Shown here: one piece after another, positions 59,784 to 64,000 of the stretch
Layout: each line of letters starts with the position of its first letter
Position numbering within the stretch: position 1 is the first letter of the stretch
Position numbers and translations under genes: made by a program
Source of the DNA: Halorarum halobium
GTDB lineage: Archaea; Halobacteriota; Halobacteria; Halobacteriales; Haloferacaceae
Direction: 5' to 3'
Length of the DNA stretch: 64,000 nucleotides
Assembly (NCBI RefSeq): GCF_032116555.1
Contig: NZ_CP134949.1
Coordinates: forward strand, 1,302,001-1,366,000
The notes under the pieces: generated by a model
Told to the model about the DNA's origin: nothing
Databases searched by the model: none
What the model saw: the letters and a program-made list of their open reading frames with translations, nothing else

Positions 59784-59924
59784 GGACGAGCGTTGGTGTT
59801 GTGGTGGTAAAAGCGCCGCGACTGTGACGGCGCGGGTTCGGCCCCGCCGGCGGTCTGGCGAGCCCGGTCGGGCGAGCGCGGTCGGACGAACTCTGGTTCC
59901 GCGACCCCGCTCGATGGAACGCGT

Positions 59925-60185
59925 TCAGCCGAACAGCGCGTACGCGCCGGCCGCGACCGCGACGACGAGCGCGAGGACGGCCCAGTTCCGCGCGGTGTCG
60001 AACGAGCCGTACGGGCCGCCCTTCCGCGTGAACAGGTACGCGAAGTAGACGACGAGCGGCGAGGCTCGCAGCGGGAACGACACCGCGACGTTCGCGCCCA
60101 ACTCCAGAACCAGCGTCATCGCCACCGCGGACCCCGCCGCCGCACCGGCGACGAGCAGGTCCTCCCGGACTGATTCGAGATCCAT
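59925..60185 (-). CDS. Small three-TM membrane protein
   Basis: Hydrophobic 86-aa ORF (PLVVYFAYLF, RNWAVLA). Confidence 0.7.
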   Translation of the reverse strand: MDLESVREDLLVAGAAAGSAVAMTLVLELGANVAVSFPLRASPLVVYFAYLFTRKGGPYGSFDTARNWAVLALVVAVAAGAYALFG

Positions 60186-60200
60186 CGGGGGCCGGGGTGC

Positions 60201-61199
60201 TTACTCCTCGTCGGCGTCGAGCTCCTCGACGAGTTCGTCCGCATCCACGTCGACGTCGTCGAGCGCCTCCTCGACGTCCTCGACGTCGCCGCCGCCCATT
60301 CCGCCCATGCCACCCATCATGCCGCCCATGCCGCCCATCATGCCGCCGGAGCCGTCGATGACCTCCTCGACGATGACCTTGTCGAGCCCGAGCCGGCCCA
60401 TCAGGTCCTGGGCGATCTGCTGTTTCGAGAACATCCACTGCTGGTTCATCTGCATCATGGGGGACGCCTCGATGTACAGCGTCTCCTTCTCGACGTCGCG
60501 GAGCTCGGTCTCCTTTTCCATCTCGCCCTCCTCGTTCTCGGTCGCCTCGAGGGTGACCTCCTCCTCGACGGTCTCGGACTCGATGCGGACCTCCGGCGCT
60601 TCCTGGAGGTACATCGCCAGCATGCTCGCGGCCTGCTCCTCGCGGTCCTCGACGATCCCGACGATCTCGTACTCGTACTCGAGGTCGTCGCCGGCCAGCG
60701 GGTGGTTGAAGTCGACGCGCGCGCGGCCGCCGATGACGGTCTCGAGGTAGCCCTGATCGCCGTCGACGGTCACCTGCGCGCCGGGGTAGCGGTCGTCCTC
60801 GGGGATCTTGTCGACGCTGACGGTCCGCACGTCGTCGGGGTCGAACGAGCCGAACCCTTCCTCGGCGGGGACGGTGACGACGTTCGAGTCGCCCACGTCC
60901 TTGCCGAGCAGGTCGTCGTCGACGCTCTCGAACACGTGGCCCTCGCCGACGACGACGGTGCGCGGGGAGAAGTCGTACTCCTCGTCGTCGATGCCGGCCT
61001 CCTCGGCGACCTCCTCGCTGGTGGTGTCGACGACCTGGCCCTCCTCCTCGTCCTCGCCGGGGACGGTCCGGACGGTGTACTCGAGCGTGACGAAGTCGTT
61101 CCGCTGGATTCCGTCCTCGCTCTCCTCGTCCGCCTCGGTCTCGCCGTCCGCGCCGGCATCCGCGGACTCGGCCGCGTCTGCCTGCTCTTCTTCGCTCAT
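60201..61199 (-). CDS. FKBP-type peptidyl-prolyl isomerase (long archaeal/SlyD type)
   Basis: VVDTT, VDFNHPLAG, acidic C-terminal extension; start MSEEEQ. Confidence 0.93.
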   Translation of the reverse strand: MSEEEQADAAESADAGADGETEADEESEDGIQRNDFVTLEYTVRTVPGEDEEEGQVVDTTSEEVAEEAGIDDEEYDFSPRTVVVGEGHVFESVDDDLLGKDVGDSNVVTVPAEEGFGSFDPDDVRTVSVDKIPEDDRYPGAQVTVDGDQGYLETVIGGRARVDFNHPLAGDDLEYEYEIVGIVEDREEQAASMLAMYLQEAPEVRIESETVEEEVTLEATENEEGEMEKETELRDVEKETLYIEASPMMQMNQQWMFSKQQIAQDLMGRLGLDKVIVEEVIDGSGGMMGGMGGMMGGMGGMGGGDVEDVEEALDDVDVDADELVEELDADEE

Positions 61200-61420
61200 G
61201 TCCTGACGGTCGCTCGTCTGCTTCTTAACAGTCACGTTTCGGTCGGGGGCCGAAATCAGGGACGAGGGGGCTCACGGACGCGCCGGATCGCTGATGGCGT
61301 CGGAACGTCGGAATCTGGTCCCGACCCGGAAAACGCGACGCCGGGTCGGGCGAACACGACGCGGGGTCGCTCGAACGCGACGGGCACCCTTTTTCAGCGT
61401 CACGGCGCGTGGGTACGCAC

Positions 61421-62011
61421 ATGTACGAGGTCGAGGTGAAGGTGCGGGCCGACCACGACGCCGTGCGGGACCGACTCGCCGAACTCGGTGCCGAACGGGT
61501 CGGCGGGGTCACACAGACGGACGTGTACTACGACGCGCCCCACCGCGAGTTCGCCGAGACGGACGAGGCGCTTCGGCTCCGCCGCGAGCGGGGATCCGAA
61601 GACGGCGACGGGAACGCCGACGGACGGGCGGACGAATCGACCGAAACCCGGCTCACCTACAAGGGGCCGCTCGTCGAGCGGGCGTCCAAGACCCGCGAGG
61701 AACGCGAGACGGCGGTCGCGGATCCGAAGGCGATGCGGGGGATTCTCGACGGGCTCGGCTTCGAGCCGGCGGCGACCGTGGAGAAGGAGCGGGAGCGGTT
61801 CCTGCTCGACGGCTACACCGTCACGCTCGATTCTGTCGTGGGGCTGGGGGAGTTCCTCGAGGTCGAGGCGGAGGCCGCCGAATCGGAGATCGAGACCGTC
61901 AGGGAGGGTGCGCTCGACGTCCTCAGGGACCTCCGTCTGGACCCCGAGGAGAGGATCAGGACCTCGTACCTCGGCCTGCTGCTCGCCGCCGGGAGAGATG
62001 TCTCACAGTAA
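61421..62011 (+). CDS. cyaB: CYTH-domain class IV adenylate cyclase-like protein
   Basis: MYEVEVK (ExExK), QTDVYY, ALRLR, LTYKGP, VEKER, FLEVE, SYL. Confidence 0.92.
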   Translation: MYEVEVKVRADHDAVRDRLAELGAERVGGVTQTDVYYDAPHREFAETDEALRLRRERGSEDGDGNADGRADESTETRLTYKGPLVERASKTREERETAVADPKAMRGILDGLGFEPAATVEKERERFLLDGYTVTLDSVVGLGEFLEVEAEAAESEIETVREGALDVLRDLRLDPEERIRTSYLGLLLAAGRDVSQ

Positions 62012-62071
62012 TCGGCCGGCCTCGAATCGTTTCCGGAAGTTATAGTTCGAGCGCTCTCGACCGACTCGGTA

Positions 62072-63271
62072 ATGAGGAACATCCAGGTGTCCGAACTCGA
62101 CCGCGCGGCGGTCGAGGATCAGGACGTGGAGATCGTCGAACGGAAGGGGCTCGGCCATCCCGACTCCATCTGTGATGGCATCGCGGAGTCGGTCTCGCGG
62201 GCGCTCTCGCGGCTGTATCTCGACCGCGTCGGCAAGGTCCTCCACTACAACACCGACGAGACCCAGCTCGTCGCTGGCTCCGCCTCCCCGGCGTTCGGCG
62301 GCGGCGAGGTGCTCGAACCGATCTACGTGCTCATCGTCGGGCGCGCCACGAAGAAGTACGAGGGGCAGACGCTCCCCGTCGAACGGACGGCCATCGAGGC
62401 CGCGCGGGCGTACCTCCGGCGGAAGTTCCCCGAACTCGACGTCGGCGGGGACGTCATCCTCGACGTGAAGCTCGGCGAGGGCTCGGGCGACCTCCAGCAG
62501 GTGTTCGGCGAGGAGGGCGCACAGGTGCCCGAGGCGAACGACACCTCCTTCGGCGTCGGCCACGCGCCCCGGACCGAGACCGAGCGGATCGTCCTCGAGG
62601 CCGAGCACGCGCTCAACGGGCGGTACGGCGACGACCACCCAGAACTCGGCCAGGACATCAAGCTGATGGGCAAGCGCGAGGGCGACGAGATCGACATCAC
62701 GGTCGCGGCCGCGATGGTCGACGCCCACGTCGAGGACATGGACGACTACGTGGCGGCCGTCGACGCGGTCGAGGCGTACGTCACCGACCTCGCCGAGGAG
62801 TACACCGACCGCGAGGTCCACGTGCAGGTGAACACCGCCGACGACCTCGCGGAGGGCGCGATCTACCTCACGACGACCGGCACCTCGGCCGAGCAGGGCG
62901 ACGACGGTTCCGTCGGGCGCGGCAATCGAGCGAACGGGCTCATCACCCCGAACCGGCCGATGAGCATGGAGGCGACGTCCGGGAAGAACCCCGTCAACCA
63001 CATCGGGAAGATCTACAACCTGCTTTCGACCGACATCGCCGAGGCGGTCGTCGCGGAGGTCGACGGCATCCGCGACCTCCAGGTCCGACTGCTCTCCCAG
63101 ATCGGCCGCCCCATCGACCAGCCCCACGTCGCCGACGCGCAGGTCGTCACCGAGGACGGCGTCGCGGTCTCGGACGTGGAACCGGAGGTCCGCGCGATCG
63201 TCGACGAGCGGCTGGCGAACGTCACCGACGTCACCCGCCGCGTCATCGACGGCGACCTCTCCACCTTCTGA
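62072..63271 (+). CDS. mat: Archaeal methionine adenosyltransferase
   Basis: [55 protein letters not shown]. Confidence 0.97.
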   Translation: MRNIQVSELDRAAVEDQDVEIVERKGLGHPDSICDGIAESVSRALSRLYLDRVGKVLHYNTDETQLVAGSASPAFGGGEVLEPIYVLIVGRATKKYEGQTLPVERTAIEAARAYLRRKFPELDVGGDVILDVKLGEGSGDLQQVFGEEGAQVPEANDTSFGVGHAPRTETERIVLEAEHALNGRYGDDHPELGQDIKLMGKREGDEIDITVAAAMVDAHVEDMDDYVAAVDAVEAYVTDLAEEYTDREVHVQVNTADDLAEGAIYLTTTGTSAEQGDDGSVGRGNRANGLITPNRPMSMEATSGKNPVNHIGKIYNLLSTDIAEAVVAEVDGIRDLQVRLLSQIGRPIDQPHVADAQVVTEDGVAVSDVEPEVRAIVDERLANVTDVTRRVIDGDLSTF

Positions 63272-63350
63272 CCGGCATCGGACGCACCTCGTCTCCGGTC
63301 CCGGCTGACGCCCCGGAACCACAGCACCGGGCTTCCGCGAAAAATCGGAC

Positions 63351-63731
63351 CTACGCGTCGTCTTCCGCCAGCTCCGCCGCGAGGAACGCCGCGATGGACG
63401 CGTCGGCGCTCTCGACGAACCTGGCGACTTCCGTCCCGTCCCGCTCCACGACGACGGTCGGGATGAACTCGACGCCGTACTCGTCCATTCCGGGCCCCCG
63501 CTTCTCGCCGTCGACCTTCTCGACCGGGTACTGTTCGATCCGCTCGTCCGGCACGCCAGCCGCACCGAGCGCGGCCGCGAACGCGGGCAACTGGCTCGTG
63601 CAGTCACCACACCAGTCGCCGCCCCAGACCCTGAACGTCAGCGAGTCGTCCGCGAGCACGTCGATGGCTTCCGGCGGGGCCGCTCGGGACCCCACCGGAT
63701 CCGGCCGCATCGTGTCGAGTCGGCTGCTCAT
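63351..63731 (-). CDS. Thioredoxin family protein
   Basis: WCGDC active site and cis-Pro motif FIPT. Confidence 0.9.
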   Translation of the reverse strand: MSSRLDTMRPDPVGSRAAPPEAIDVLADDSLTFRVWGGDWCGDCTSQLPAFAAALGAAGVPDERIEQYPVEKVDGEKRGPGMDEYGVEFIPTVVVERDGTEVARFVESADASIAAFLAAELAEDDA

Positions 63732-63930
63732 ACCCGGCGTAGGGAACCGGCCGGCATAACCCCGACGCCCGCGGCAGCGGCTGCACAGGACCGTGGCGAG
63801 CGTGGCGACCGTCCCGCGGGCCTGTCGGGTGCGGGGTCGAGTCGGCGGCCGGACGGCTAGGTGGCGTCGTCCCGTCGAGCGTTTGCCGGTGTCGGCGAGT
63901 GATTAAGGGGCACGTCCCGTAGCCACGTCC

Positions 63931-64000
63931 ATGGACGACTCCGTGCTGGAGACGATCGGCTCGCCGCTCGTCCGGGTCGACTCGCCGCCCGGGACGACAG
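63931..64000 (+). CDS. PLP-dependent cysteine synthase family protein (5' fragment only)
   Basis: MDDSVLETIGSPLVRV resembles the CysK/CysM N-terminus; TTAAG about 25 nt upstream. Confidence 0.65.
   Translation, partial: MDDSVLETIGSPLVRVDSPPGTT

Noticed and set aside
60290..60360. Tandem GGCATG-like repeats in the FKBP gene, and similar ones in dnaJ and dnaK
   Set aside because: They encode ordinary GGM-rich low-complexity linkers.

Overview
A GC-rich chromosomal window from a halophilic archaeon (class Halobacteria), judged from very acidic proteins, archaeal marker genes (dph2, archaeal-type mat, PAC2, XPB/Bax1) and short or leaderless 5' regions. Most of it is core genome: NDH-2 (partial), udp/cdd, two divergent acyl-CoA ligases plus an SDR, a PotABCD-like ABC transporter, grpE-dnaK-dnaJ, two PAC2 chaperones, an m5C RNA methyltransferase pair, XPB and Bax1, an aminotransferase, YchF, Sir2, Dph2, MinD and RAD55-like genes, an FKBP PPIase, cyaB-mat, thioredoxin and a partial cysteine synthase. 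The most unusual parts are five. (1) A DUF5805-like plus Xer-family tyrosine recombinase operon sits between two ~1 kb ORF-poor, hairpin-dense regions, each with an AT-rich pocket of repeats, next to SRAP and YprB-like DNA-repair genes. (2) A bacterial-type sulfatase cluster (FGE, SulP, GAP, arylsulfatase) contains a decayed LURP-one gene. (3) A lower-GC insert (~55.1-57.5 kb) carries three tiny overlapping RHH-like ORFs and an intact Na+/Ca2+ antiporter beside a truncated native paralog. (4) A dispersed modular palindromic repeat is found at three loci. (5) There are pseudogenes and small proteins missed by the ORF track. No rRNA, tRNA, CRISPR array or transposase was recognised. All family assignments come from motif recognition by eye, not database searches.
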